This document shows, piece after piece, positions 18,801 through 25,976 of a stretch of DNA of 45,517 nt; within the stretch, counting starts at the first letter, position 1; every line of letters begins with the position of its first letter. The notes beneath the pieces are model-generated. The model was not told where the DNA came from, made no database searches, and saw only the letters and a program-made list of their open reading frames with translations. The stretch lies in NCBI GenBank assembly GCA_964575985.1, contig CAZNTP010000001.1, positions 1-45,517 of the forward strand, given 5' to 3'. Made by a program: the position numbers and the translations under genes. The DNA comes from an uncultured Ruminococcus sp. (GTDB lineage: Bacteria; Bacillota; Clostridia; Oscillospirales; Acutalibacteraceae).

Positions 18801-20200
18801 AAACTTACTGTTCCTGAATTTAGATTGCCGACAAAAGCCGAGGCGGCGCCTTCGTCGCTATGAGTACTCTTTATATAAGAGTCGGAAACTGTAAGGTTTT
18901 TAAAGGTTACATTTCCTTTTGCAGCAGGAACTAAACCTGCATTCCAACTGCCCGATACATCAAGATAAATACCGTATACGGTATAGCCCGCGCCATCTAA
19001 ATTACCTTGGAAAGAGGCAGAGGTAAATTCACTGGCACCTACCCACATTGTAGCCGAATCGGTCCAATTAGTCTTGGATACATCGTTAAGATATATATCT
19101 GCACCCAACACATAATATTTTCCGCTTGTAGCGTCGCCGTCTTTAACCATTTTGGCTAACTGCTCAGGAGTTTCGATTAAGTATGGGTCTGTCTCTGTAC
19201 CCGTACCGCCCGCAAAATCATCTGCAACAGCGCTCGACCAAACCTCACCCTTAACACCGTTAGTATCGCGATAGGTAGGATATCCGCTTTCGGTAGTCTG
19301 CCAAACACCCTTCCAATTAAGATTTGGCATATTAGTATTAGCCGCAGTGCCTTTCATTAAATCAGCATTGTCAAGCTTAGTAATAGTTCCGTTTGTAAGG
19401 TTTGTCGAACCAATAGTATAACAATTGGTTGCGGTGATTTTATTTGAATGATGGCCTGTCATAGGTACATCTGTTGCAGAAAAACTGTTTTTAACCGTAC
19501 GCGTACCCGACCAACAGTTACCGAAAAATGCACCTTTATATGATTCTGCTGTGATTGTTGCCATTACAGCGGAATCTTCTATATTAATATTAGCAGAACC
19601 GTAGGCGACAAAGCCTGCTAATCCCTTATCGCCAGATGTAATGTTATTAGAAAGCGTTACGGTTTCGTCAACAATACATTTCTTGAAATTAAGAGTACCT
19701 TGACCAAAGCTTATCAAGGCGGCAGCCTTCTCGGTAGAGTTAACATACGCATTACTGATACACAAATTTGTGATTGTTGTGTTGTTTGCCTGCGGGAAAA
19801 GAGCAAACATAGAACTACCTGTGTAGTAAAGACCGTGAATGGTATGTCCGTCACCGTCAAAATTACCTACAAACGCGGTATTGCTTATGTCAGCCCTGTC
19901 ATACCACTCGTTCGGTGAATTGCTTGCCCAATCAGCCTGCGATACATCGTTAAGGTAGATATCTGCGGTCAATTTATAATATCCGCCTGTAGTGTCTCCA
20001 CCCTTAACCATTTTGGCTAACTGCTCAGGTGTTGCAATTAAGTACGGGTCTGCCACTGTACCAGTACCACCCGCAAAATCAGTTGCAACTGTGCCGTCCC
20101 AAGCGTCTACCTGATTGGCATTAGCCAAAAAGGGTACGCCAATTACGGTACTTATAAGCAAAACAAACGCTGCCAAAACCGAAATTACTCTTTTCATCAT
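12845..20200 (-). CDS. Giant surface protein (about 2451 aa). Order: signal peptide, 7 GLUG-like ~290-aa modules, Listeria-Bacteroides-type repeat, beta-sandwich (CBM-like) domain, acidic linker, C-terminal transmembrane anchor
   Basis: The ORF is open to 20278, but the double ATG at 20195-20200 is preceded by GGAGAG and begins a classic signal peptide (MMKRVISVLAAFVLLISTVIGVPFLANA). It has the same module signature as the 2590-aa protein. The C-terminus is YLWLIILSAVVLAVLIAGAVVAVVIIKKRKTKV, with no LPXTG. Confidence 0.9.
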   Translation of the reverse strand: MMKRVISVLAAFVLLISTVIGVPFLANANQVDAWDGTVATDFAGGTGTVADPYLIATPEQLAKMVKGGDTTGGYYKLTADIYLNDVSQADWASNSPNEWYDRADISNTAFVGNFDGDGHTIHGLYYTGSSMFALFPQANNTTITNLCISNAYVNSTEKAAALISFGQGTLNFKKCIVDETVTLSNNITSGDKGLAGFVAYGSANINIEDSAVMATITAESYKGAFFGNCWSGTRTVKNSFSATDVPMTGHHSNKITATNCYTIGSTNLTNGTITKLDNADLMKGTAANTNMPNLNWKGVWQTTESGYPTYRDTNGVKGEVWSSAVADDFAGGTGTETDPYLIETPEQLAKMVKDGDATSGKYYVLGADIYLNDVSKTNWTDSATMWVGASEFTSASFQGNLDGAGYTVYGIYLDVSGSWNAGLVPAAKGNVTFKNLTVSDSYIKSTHSDEGAASAFVGNLNSGTVSFDKCRVTESVNAIAANVAGGFVANGSGTVNITNSVSLGHFESLGVKRDRRGSMVGGIWGTRAVNVDNSFAKEAFTNYFATSITNSYTAEQLNSTVVQATYVSDVELMKGEAAKTNMSGLNWDEVWATTTSGYPIFKTEVTPPSDIEGVWDGTVATDFAGGTGIETDPYLIETPEQLAKMVKDGDATSGKYYVLGADIYLNDVSKTNWTDSATMWVGASEFTSASFQGNLDGAGYTVYGIYLDVSGSWNAGLVVSTKGTATFKNLTVSDSYIKNTHSSEGAASAFVGNLSGGSTVSFDKCRITESVNVVAANVAGGFVANGSGTINITNCASLGHFESQGVARDRRGSMVGGIYWSSGAGRNVSINNSFAIEAFTNYYATSITNSYTAEQLDSTVVQATYVSNVELMKGTAAKTNMPNLNWKTVWKTTETGYPEFKGDVVIDPTVWDGTVATAFAGGTGTETDPYLIETPSQLAKMVKEGNTEGGYYKLTADIKLNDISQVDWTENSPNRWYDRADINNIAFVGNLDGDGHTIYGLYYNGSSIFALFPQASNTTIKNLRISNAYVNSTEKVAALVGFGKETLRFSKCIVDETVTLANNIASGDKGIAGFVAYGTAKIHIEDSAVMATITANEYKGAFIGNVWGNTAADRSITNSFSATDAPMTAHTTNSITVEKCYSVGTETLDYTGTVTKLDSADLMKGTQAKTNMPNLNWKTVWKTTETGYPEYVGEVIIDPTVWDGTVATDFAGGDGEKATPYIITNGAQLAKMVTDGDATAGKYYVLANDIKLNDVTDADWKNYANKWVITGNYFQGNFDGAGYTVSGLYYTGTENYVGLFTRVKGNVSISNLFLSSCHMETSGYAASALIGFVSSGSNIDISRVYANESVEVISTCSDEVQTSAAGFVAYGNGTITIDSSAFLGTVESPVHKASMIGNVWNSTKIITNSFASAEIPFNSKQTISDSSKSNYGVGTTLTAENGVIRLDSTDKMKGTQAKTNMPKLNWINVWKPSETGYPVYMDMGDMDTTVWNGTIADSFAGGDGSEKNPYKISNGAELAKMATDGDATSGKYYVLTADIKLNDVSAENWIDFAVSWVGTGGVFQGNLDGAGHTVYGMYYSGSDKASIGLVSRADGSVSFKRIVISDAYIEANSEEGSAAAFIGWITAGATARFDRCYITESVICKTANTAAGFVANGSGKIYIENSASLGHFESPKRHGSMVGGIYWSATTDRTVSVNQSFAKEAFTNYYIGKILDSYSSEKLTDVEIAQPTIISDIALMKGENAKTNMPLLDWKNMWFEDENGFPVLNFTVYKGTVGGIWSGAAADSYASGNGTKDDPYIIETPEQLAKLCSNLTVCRDKYYKLAADIYLNDVSKEDWKENNPNHWYWSSSSKDTGFDGHFDGDGHVIYGMYLDLLQTTEVVYAGLFSAITDGAVIEKVGISDAYMRVKMTDESIQGNYVAGIAGSVFYKDDNAPRDPAYISQCFGSTSVYLEGRGTGGIVCGVPRPVVIEDCYFVGKLNFSLKGGAIIGDTWLQSQYTNAAVRRCYSATADSDYLAAGRAGISNSFSTIDYVDNYSTYLGLSSFQTRISVLMMRGDAAKKNMKGLDFDKVWYALPNGTPVLRVFGTTDKFSNTTDPKPIEITFISNGGTECENMYGNPEDALKLPTPEREGYKFAGWFVYKELDIEYTYDFFPYFDQTLYAKWEKTSFIQDFEDYANTMYDYGEDYEYYRPGTFAYDSSYVKGGVSSMHRIGNEDYDADFLVFYEDLLKVGTEYEMKFYVSTDTEDTSFDLSLVHEDWPDIYDSDSGVELIKKFDSISSGEWIEVTYKFVAKTQWIAIRTTGNASIFFDDFMVTTLRYVGIKDSDEKDESDKQPAGKDDEDIEDTSNPTDTEDDEFDFDDYWQDTDEELPEFDDSDEDETESEVEDGTEDDEDESSKEVSNSKDNNKKTQKADKTSYLWLIILSAVVLAVLIAGAVVAVVIIKKRKTKV
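13700..13900 (-). other. Listeria-Bacteroides (Flg_new-type) repeat within the 2451-aa protein
   Basis: ITFISNGGTECENMYGNPEDALKLPTPEREGYKFAGWFVYKELDIEYTYDFFPYFDQTLYAKWE matches the familiar pattern: v-F..nGG ... p.P.r.GY.F.GW ... LYA.W. Confidence 0.6.
17465..19228 (-). repeat. Tandem duplication (2 x 882 bp = 2 x 294 aa) of one module inside the 2451-aa gene
   Basis: Modules 2 and 3 share long identical peptide runs (ETDPYLIETPEQLAKMVKDGDATSGKYYVLGADIYLNDVSKTNWTDSATMWVGASEFTSASFQGNLDGAGYTVYGIYLDVSGSWNAGLV). At the DNA level, 18144-18286 and 19026-19168 are identical by hand comparison (about 140 nt, offset 882). Flanks are roughly 90 percent similar. Confidence 0.8.
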
Positions 20201-20311
20201 AACTCTCCTATCAAAAATCAGATTCTTTATCTTAAAATCAAAAAAATCAAAACTCTGCAATGCCACCAAATCAAACAATTATTATCGGCACTTTTATGTT
20301 TTATTTATTAT

Positions 20312-20371
20312 ATTTTAACATATATTCGCTATAGAACAATGTAAAAAATTAATTATAATATGTCAAAAAAG
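20312..20371 (-). promoter_or_regulatory. Promoter plus tandem direct-repeat activator-type site upstream of the giant-protein unit
   Basis: The minus strand carries two direct repeats (plus-strand ATGTAAAAAATT at 20339-20350 and ATGTCAAAAAAG at 20360-20371, 21 bp apart). These are followed by -35 TTGTTC (rc of 20334-20339), a 16-nt spacer ending in TGT, and -10 TAAAAT (rc of 20312-20317). The core 37 bp is 32/37 identical to 39109-39145. Confidence 0.5.
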
Positions 20372-20407
20372 AAACGAACCAATTGTCTTCAACAGCTGAA
20401 GCTAAAA

Positions 20408-21349
20408 TCATAAAAATATCGGATTAGTCCATGCCTTTTTACCGTTTTTATCAACAATACTGATTCTCACGTAATCATAGGGTCCTGCCCAATAGTTTGC
20501 GATATCAAACTCAGCGTGGGTTATATTGCCCTCCTCATCCACAGTAACGCGGTTAGGATGCATATCACTATGTAAACGCACACGGGCTACAGGCGAGCAA
20601 TCTATAACGGCCTTACCGTCTTCAACATAAAAATCATAAATTTCGGGGCCGCAGGAAGAATAAAACTCGCCGTTTTCAAGAGCTTTTAATATAGAGTTTA
20701 TATCCTTATCAGCCTTTACCATAACCCAGCCCTTACAAAGCTCTTTATAAGAATGGGCATCGTCTGTTGCTACACCGTACCATATTTTGCCTTGACCTAA
20801 AATTTCATCCCAATAAGCCGCATCACTGTCACAGTCGGCAGAAAGCGCACTGCCGCTGTTCCAGATTTCCATAGCAAAGTTGCCTTTTTGGGTTTCGAAG
20901 TGCTTTGCGCTTGTGCTACTCCACTGAGGATGGCAAAGAATTGTCAGGTTTTTCTTTTCATGAATTTTATCAAGCCATGGCTGATACTCTTTTGAATTAG
21001 GTTTGAAGCCCCAATCAAACTTCTGGTCGTGACAGAATCCGTTACCGTCCTCCTTAGCAGGACCGATACAAACCGTGTGGAAGCAACGGAAACCGTGGCC
21101 TTTTATAAGGTCGTTACCGTATTCCATACCGGGTATTACGAGCACCTCGGTTTCGGGAGCATAAGCTTCCATAGTATAAATCTGATGGTCGGTAATTGCC
21201 ATAAAATCATAACCCTGACCTTTGGCATAAACTATAACCTCTTCGGGTGTGAGCTTACCGTCAGAACGGGTAGTATGGCAATGAAGACCGCCTTTTAGAA
21301 ATTTTTTGTCTTTATTTATAAAAGCCTGCTGTCTTTTCAAGGAAATCAA
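20408..21349 (-). CDS. PHP-domain metal-dependent phosphoesterase
   Basis: 313-aa ORF. PHP signature GGLHCHTTRSDGKLTPEEVIVYAKGQGYDFMAITDH, plus later His/Asp clusters (ILCHPQW, ATDDAH). The start codon is TTG (rc of 21347-21349), directly after an in-frame TAG. The SD is weak. Confidence 0.75.
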   Translation of the reverse strand: MISLKRQQAFINKDKKFLKGGLHCHTTRSDGKLTPEEVIVYAKGQGYDFMAITDHQIYTMEAYAPETEVLVIPGMEYGNDLIKGHGFRCFHTVCIGPAKEDGNGFCHDQKFDWGFKPNSKEYQPWLDKIHEKKNLTILCHPQWSSTSAKHFETQKGNFAMEIWNSGSALSADCDSDAAYWDEILGQGKIWYGVATDDAHSYKELCKGWVMVKADKDINSILKALENGEFYSSCGPEIYDFYVEDGKAVIDCSPVARVRLHSDMHPNRVTVDEEGNITHAEFDIANYWAGPYDYVRISIVDKNGKKAWTNPIFL

Positions 21350-21366
21350 CCCCTAGTGAGATAGAA

Positions 21367-22734
21367 TTAAAATAAAAGTGTGATAATAGAATGTGGCTTC
21401 ATTATATTTTTAGTGCAACCACCGTTATACCTAAGTGTCGCATATTGCTGTTTATCTGAAGTATTTATAACAACACAAACCTTACTGCCATCGGGATTAA
21501 CAAAGGCACAAGTATATAAATCCTTGCTGTGTTTGGTTGTGGCAACCCTTACAGCGCCGCGCTTTACATATTTTGAGAAATGACCTATGTAGTAATAAAT
21601 CGGAGTAACCTCAAGTTCATTTTTTTCTGTATCATAAAGAATAGGCGCATAGCAACCGTCCTCTTTATTCTCAAAAAGGTCACCCTCGGTTTTGGCTGTT
21701 CTGTTGTGGTATGGACCGCCATACTGATCAAGAAGCAAATTCCAATCACAAGAGGCTATTTCATAGTTGTTGAAGTTTTCACAAATCTCAATGCCGTATT
21801 TCTCGGCAAGCACATTTACATCCTCAGTAATAGGTCCGCAGAACTCACCGCAAACAAGGGGTTTATGAAGCTGCTCATGAACAAGACGAAGTCCTTCAAA
21901 ATGGTCGCCTGAGTACCAATGGTGAGCCACCGCCCAAACCCTTTTATTTACTCTCTCATTGCTTAAAATTTTCTTTGCACGGTCATAAACACACTCTTTA
22001 TTGTGGTCCCAAATCATAATTTTTATATCGCTAAGCCCCTCTTCGTCGAGAGCTGCTATCAGATATTTATCAATAAACTCGGCCTCATCCTCAGGTGAAT
22101 AATAACAGCTTTCCCAAGTCTGTATTGCCTTAGGCTCGTTCTGAATAGTAATGGCGCTGATTTTAACGCCCTCTTTAGCCATAGCCTTTATATACTTGGC
22201 GTAATAATGAGCCCAAACCGACTTATACTCCTCTAAAAGCTTACCGCCCTTTAGCATATTATTGTTATCCTTCATAAAGGCCGGCGGACTCCAAGGGGAC
22301 GCGAAAAGCACAATTTCCTCGTCGCAGTACTCTAAAGCATCCTTTAGAAAGGGCAAAATGTACTTCTTTTCTCTATCTAAATTAAAACTTTCAAGGGTTT
22401 TGTCGCCCTCTTCTACAGAAGAATAAATGCTGATTGAAAAATCGCAGGAATTGATATGGCTTCTGCCAAAATTGTAGCCAATACCTTTTTCGCGGTCGAA
22501 ATAAAGCTCTAAAAATGTGCGTTTTTGTTCATCACTTAATAAAGAATAGTTATATGCGGCAGACTCGGTAAAAGCACCGCCAAAGCCTAAAACCTCTTGG
22601 TATTTTACGTCATCAAAAACATTTACTATTCCCCACTCGGTATCGCTTGGAAAATTATTAAGCTCTACCTGCTCTTGAGCAAAGTAAATATCCTCTTTTG
22701 GACAAGTTTCAATTTTCTTTATGAATTTTTCCAT
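21367..22734 (-). CDS. Glycoside hydrolase family 30 (glucosylceramidase / beta-1,6-glucanase-like), no signal peptide
   Basis: 455-aa ORF. Motifs: GFGGAFTESAA near the N-terminus, ITIQNEP (acid/base Glu), FASPWSPPAFMK, and a beta-sandwich tail. Confidence 0.8.
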   Translation of the reverse strand: MEKFIKKIETCPKEDIYFAQEQVELNNFPSDTEWGIVNVFDDVKYQEVLGFGGAFTESAAYNYSLLSDEQKRTFLELYFDREKGIGYNFGRSHINSCDFSISIYSSVEEGDKTLESFNLDREKKYILPFLKDALEYCDEEIVLFASPWSPPAFMKDNNNMLKGGKLLEEYKSVWAHYYAKYIKAMAKEGVKISAITIQNEPKAIQTWESCYYSPEDEAEFIDKYLIAALDEEGLSDIKIMIWDHNKECVYDRAKKILSNERVNKRVWAVAHHWYSGDHFEGLRLVHEQLHKPLVCGEFCGPITEDVNVLAEKYGIEICENFNNYEIASCDWNLLLDQYGGPYHNRTAKTEGDLFENKEDGCYAPILYDTEKNELEVTPIYYYIGHFSKYVKRGAVRVATTKHSKDLYTCAFVNPDGSKVCVVINTSDKQQYATLRYNGGCTKNIMKPHSIITLLF

Positions 22735-22781
22735 TCTTTACACCCACTTTTAAAACTAATTCCTATAGCAAATTATTTCTT

Positions 22782-23954
22782 CTAATACGGCATTACGGCA
22801 TCTTCGCCGGGACCTAGGTTATATTTGCGGCATACACTGCGGTTTACCGAAAATACATCAATACAGGTTTCCCTTTCGGTACCCTCGGTACGTTCCTTCA
22901 TTTGCACCCACGGAAGTTCCTTATTGGCTGCGGGACCGCCCCAGCCGCCCCAGGCATTTTCACAGCCCGTTGCCACCTGCCATAAATCAATATCCTCACT
23001 GTAATGAACAAGCTCGGCATGCTGATGCCCAAAATTGTATAAAACAATTTTTCCGTTTTTAATACCGCTAAAATCGGCATTTACAGCGATTTCCTTACCG
23101 TTCATATCGGTATATATAAAATCATATTTTCCGCGGGACTGGAACGCTTTAAATACTTTTCTTAAATTTTCACCGTTTTTGCAGTTATCGCTTGTATCAT
23201 TTTCAATTCCCATATGGGATAAAATTATGTAATCCCAACCGTCATCAGCCCCCAAAGCCACATTACAAAGCCAATCAAGCTGTTCAAAGGTATACCAGAA
23301 TCTTGGAAGTCTGTTTGTAAGCTCGGTAACAGTTCCGTTCTCATCAAAAGGCTTTCTCATATCCATTGTATCCAGTACAATAATACGGGTCTTTTTATTT
23401 TCTAAATCAAAATAAAAATATTTCGAATAAGGGTAATTCTTGTCGTGAACTCTTTTTTCACTAAAGGGATAAAGGTCCATAACCTTTTTAGACCAATCCA
23501 TATCGCTTAAAAGCCATTCACATCTAAGCTCGGAATAGTTTGGATTAAGTGTCTGAAAGCCGTTATCATCATGATTGCCAAATGCCAAAATTACAGGCTT
23601 TTGACTATTTTGAAGAGGCTTAAATGCGCGGTTAAGAGTATCCAAAACCGCCTGTTTGCCTCTTACGTTATAAGCATTAAGCGCATCGCCCGCAAAGGCT
23701 ATAAAATCAATATTTTCATTATTATTGGCAAAGCTTACCGCCTCTTCAAGATGGGACTGAAGCATAGAAATTCGTTTTTCAACCTTTTCCTCGGCTTCGA
23801 ATACGGTAAGAGAACCGTCCTCAGCTTTGCGCAAATATTCGTCTATATGGCAATCTGCAAATACAAGATAATTAACAGAATTCTTGCCGTTTTCATTAAT
23901 TTCTTTACCGATTAAATCGAATTTTTCTTTTATCTTATATGCCATTTTATTCAC
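22782..23954 (-). CDS. Calcineurin-like metallophosphoesterase
   Basis: 390-aa ORF with the ordered motifs FADCHID, FAGDALN, FGNHDD, ILSHMG and FGHQHAE. Confidence 0.8.
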   Translation of the reverse strand: MNKMAYKIKEKFDLIGKEINENGKNSVNYLVFADCHIDEYLRKAEDGSLTVFEAEEKVEKRISMLQSHLEEAVSFANNNENIDFIAFAGDALNAYNVRGKQAVLDTLNRAFKPLQNSQKPVILAFGNHDDNGFQTLNPNYSELRCEWLLSDMDWSKKVMDLYPFSEKRVHDKNYPYSKYFYFDLENKKTRIIVLDTMDMRKPFDENGTVTELTNRLPRFWYTFEQLDWLCNVALGADDGWDYIILSHMGIENDTSDNCKNGENLRKVFKAFQSRGKYDFIYTDMNGKEIAVNADFSGIKNGKIVLYNFGHQHAELVHYSEDIDLWQVATGCENAWGGWGGPAANKELPWVQMKERTEGTERETCIDVFSVNRSVCRKYNLGPGEDAVMPY

Positions 23955-23960
23955 TCCCGA

Positions 23961-25172
23961 TTATTCACTTATAAACTTAGTCCAACCCTTGATTTTAAAC
24001 ACACAAAGAGCCGTAGCAAGCAATGCTATTATGCACCAGCTTATAAGCACCGCATTCCAACCCATACCGTCTGCTAATGCAGCAAAACCGTAGGACGATA
24101 CCGACGCACCTACATAGGTAAAGGCATTAAGTATTCCCGAAAAAGTAGAAACCATACCGTATTTTGAAAAATTCTTAGGGATAAGACCAATTAGCATATG
24201 GTTAACACCGTGCATACAGCCCGAAATCATAGCCGCCGAAACTATTGTAACAATAGCAGGAACCTTAAGTCCCAGTCCCATAGGCACAGTAGCTATAAAA
24301 GCTATACCGAACATAATGGATGCCGTTTTTAATTCATTTTTAATTCTATGATAAATTGTGTTTGCAGTGATTACACTTACCATACTCAAAACGGGCAATA
24401 CCGCTGTGCTTAAAACAGACGAGGACTCGCTGAGCCCGAACTTTTCATTCACAAGTGACGGAAGCCAGGTTTGGATACCGTCCCTTAAAATGCCCTGCAG
24501 TGCGATAATTATAAATATAGGAATAAGTCCCGCCAAGGAAATAAGACCCCAAGCAGAAATAGTTTTCTGACTTTGAGTTTTAGCCGTTGCCTCTGCTTTA
24601 CCCATTGGTATATTTCTTGTGGCATAGCCCCAGACAAGCATCATAATTATACCAAAAACCGCCATACATCTGAAAACATTTCGCCAAACCGTGACTTCCA
24701 ATATAAAAGGAACAAAAAGATATACAAATATTGTTCCTACAGATGCGGAAAGGCTTACAGCGGTTATTGCATCGGAATATTTTTCTGTTCCAACCTGTTC
24801 TGAAACAAAACGTGCGAGTGGCGGCCAAAGCATTGCCTGACACACACCGTTAATACACCAAAGAACAGTAATCAGCTTCATACTTGAACAGAATGAAACT
24901 AAAATATTAACGAGAATTGTTCCAAGCATTGCAGTGCTTATCATTTTAACGGGGGATATTTTATCCCCTATAAAGCCACAGATAACCTGTCCCACACCGT
25001 ATGTAATAAAGCTGCCCGTAACTGCTGCAGATGCCATTGTATTGGTTATTTTAAGGTCGGATACTATTGCTACCAAGGAAGCCGAATAATCAAGCCGCAT
25101 AGCATAGCTGAAAAAATAAACCAAAAAGCCAAGCGCCACTACTGTTTTATATGAAAGTGTTTTATTTGCCAT
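23961..25172 (-). CDS. MFS transporter
   Basis: 403-aa ORF with about 12 hydrophobic segments arranged 6+6 around a central charged loop (GKAEATAKTQSQK). Substrate is not assignable by eye. Confidence 0.8.
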   Translation of the reverse strand: MANKTLSYKTVVALGFLVYFFSYAMRLDYSASLVAIVSDLKITNTMASAAVTGSFITYGVGQVICGFIGDKISPVKMISTAMLGTILVNILVSFCSSMKLITVLWCINGVCQAMLWPPLARFVSEQVGTEKYSDAITAVSLSASVGTIFVYLFVPFILEVTVWRNVFRCMAVFGIIMMLVWGYATRNIPMGKAEATAKTQSQKTISAWGLISLAGLIPIFIIIALQGILRDGIQTWLPSLVNEKFGLSESSSVLSTAVLPVLSMVSVITANTIYHRIKNELKTASIMFGIAFIATVPMGLGLKVPAIVTIVSAAMISGCMHGVNHMLIGLIPKNFSKYGMVSTFSGILNAFTYVGASVSSYGFAALADGMGWNAVLISWCIIALLATALCVFKIKGWTKFISE

Positions 25173-25190
25173 TTTAAAGCTATCCCTTTG

Positions 25191-25976
25191 CTAAATATAT
25201 TTGTAAGGTGTACCTATAAAGCCCACCTGACTGAAATCCTCAAAATTATGACGCACAATATAGTCTATATATGAGGTTATCATCTGAGCGGTTAAAATAT
25301 ATCCTGCCGCATTCATATGCCCGCCCACAAAAAATTTCTTTTTAAACTCACTGTCATATTTAGGGCTATGGGTTCTAAGGTCAATAACATAGGTGTTGTC
25401 AAATAACTCTGCCATTTCTTTAAGAAGCCTTGCATGATTATCACCGTCAAGATTATCTATTCCGTTAGGTAGGGTTACAAGGAAAAACTTTGCATCAGGC
25501 TGAATAGTTTTAAGGCGCTGAATAATTCTTGCATAATAGCCTGTAAATGTAGGCTTATTGTTTTCGGGATTTTCTAAATCTATGTCCGAAACCTCGCCTA
25601 ATTCTACCTGTTTTGTGTACATATCATTTACACCCAAGGCCAGAATATAAGCCTGACATTTCTTTTCGTCGGTCCAGACACCGCAAGCGTCAGCAAAGCT
25701 TTCCATAAACCATTTTGCCGACATTCCGCCACGGGAAAAATTATAAACCTTTATGCCCGCGTTTCTTGCCATATACTGTCCCCAGGAATAATCATAAAAA
25801 TCGTGATAACCGTAATTGCCGTCCTTATCGCGCGATTCGTGCTCGCCCGAAGAAAGACTGTCCCCTATGCAACCGATAGTTCTGAAAATACGCGCATAAC
25901 CGCCGTCGTATACAATTCGGTCTAACGGTTTTTCATCCTCACTATATAAAAGCTTTTCTAAATCCATTATAAACAC
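25191..25976 (-). CDS. SGNH/GDSL-family hydrolase (esterase), cytoplasmic
   Basis: 261-aa ORF. Block I IGCIGDSLSSG, block II FSRGGMSA, block III LGVNDM, block V GGHMNAAGY. The start abuts the stop of the upstream gene (25976/25977). Confidence 0.8.
   Translation of the reverse strand: MFIMDLEKLLYSEDEKPLDRIVYDGGYARIFRTIGCIGDSLSSGEHESRDKDGNYGYHDFYDYSWGQYMARNAGIKVYNFSRGGMSAKWFMESFADACGVWTDEKKCQAYILALGVNDMYTKQVELGEVSDIDLENPENNKPTFTGYYARIIQRLKTIQPDAKFFLVTLPNGIDNLDGDNHARLLKEMAELFDNTYVIDLRTHSPKYDSEFKKKFFVGGHMNAAGYILTAQMITSYIDYIVRHNFEDFSQVGFIGTPYKYI

Noticed and set aside
3634-19918. Numerous 60-145-aa ORFs inside or antisense to the two giant genes (e.g. 3634-3942, 3710-4066, 15485-15922, 16376-16717, 17978-18277)
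   Set aside because: They lie wholly within long, motif-rich ORFs that have a clear repeated domain signature. They lack RBSs and have skewed composition, so they are shadow ORFs.
3422-20200. Giant proteins as polymorphic toxins (RHS/CDI), or as targets of a diversity-generating retroelement
   Set aside because: There are no RHS/YD repeats, no C-terminal toxin or immunity pair, no reverse transcriptase and no template repeat in the window. The C-termini are a GH16 domain and a TM anchor.
20201-20278. 26-aa N-terminal extension of the 2451-aa protein (MFDLVALQSFDFFDF...)
   Set aside because: It has no SD, and it would place a non-signal sequence ahead of a textbook signal peptide that has its own GGAGAG plus ATGATG. 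By my promoter model it falls within the 5' UTR.
20372-20407. Terminator between the PHP gene and the giant-protein promoter
   Set aside because: There is only a 5-6-bp hairpin (CTTCAgctgtTGAAG) with no adjacent U-tract. That is too weak to call, so read-through from unit 1 into unit 2 cannot be excluded.
21347-21366. Unusual TTG start with poor SD for the PHP gene, as a sign of recoding or a pseudogene
   Set aside because: The ORF is intact with all the PHP motifs I can recognise. An in-frame TAG two codons upstream of the TTG start (one GGG codon intervenes) leaves TTG as the only sensible start. This is likely ordinary weak or coupled initiation.
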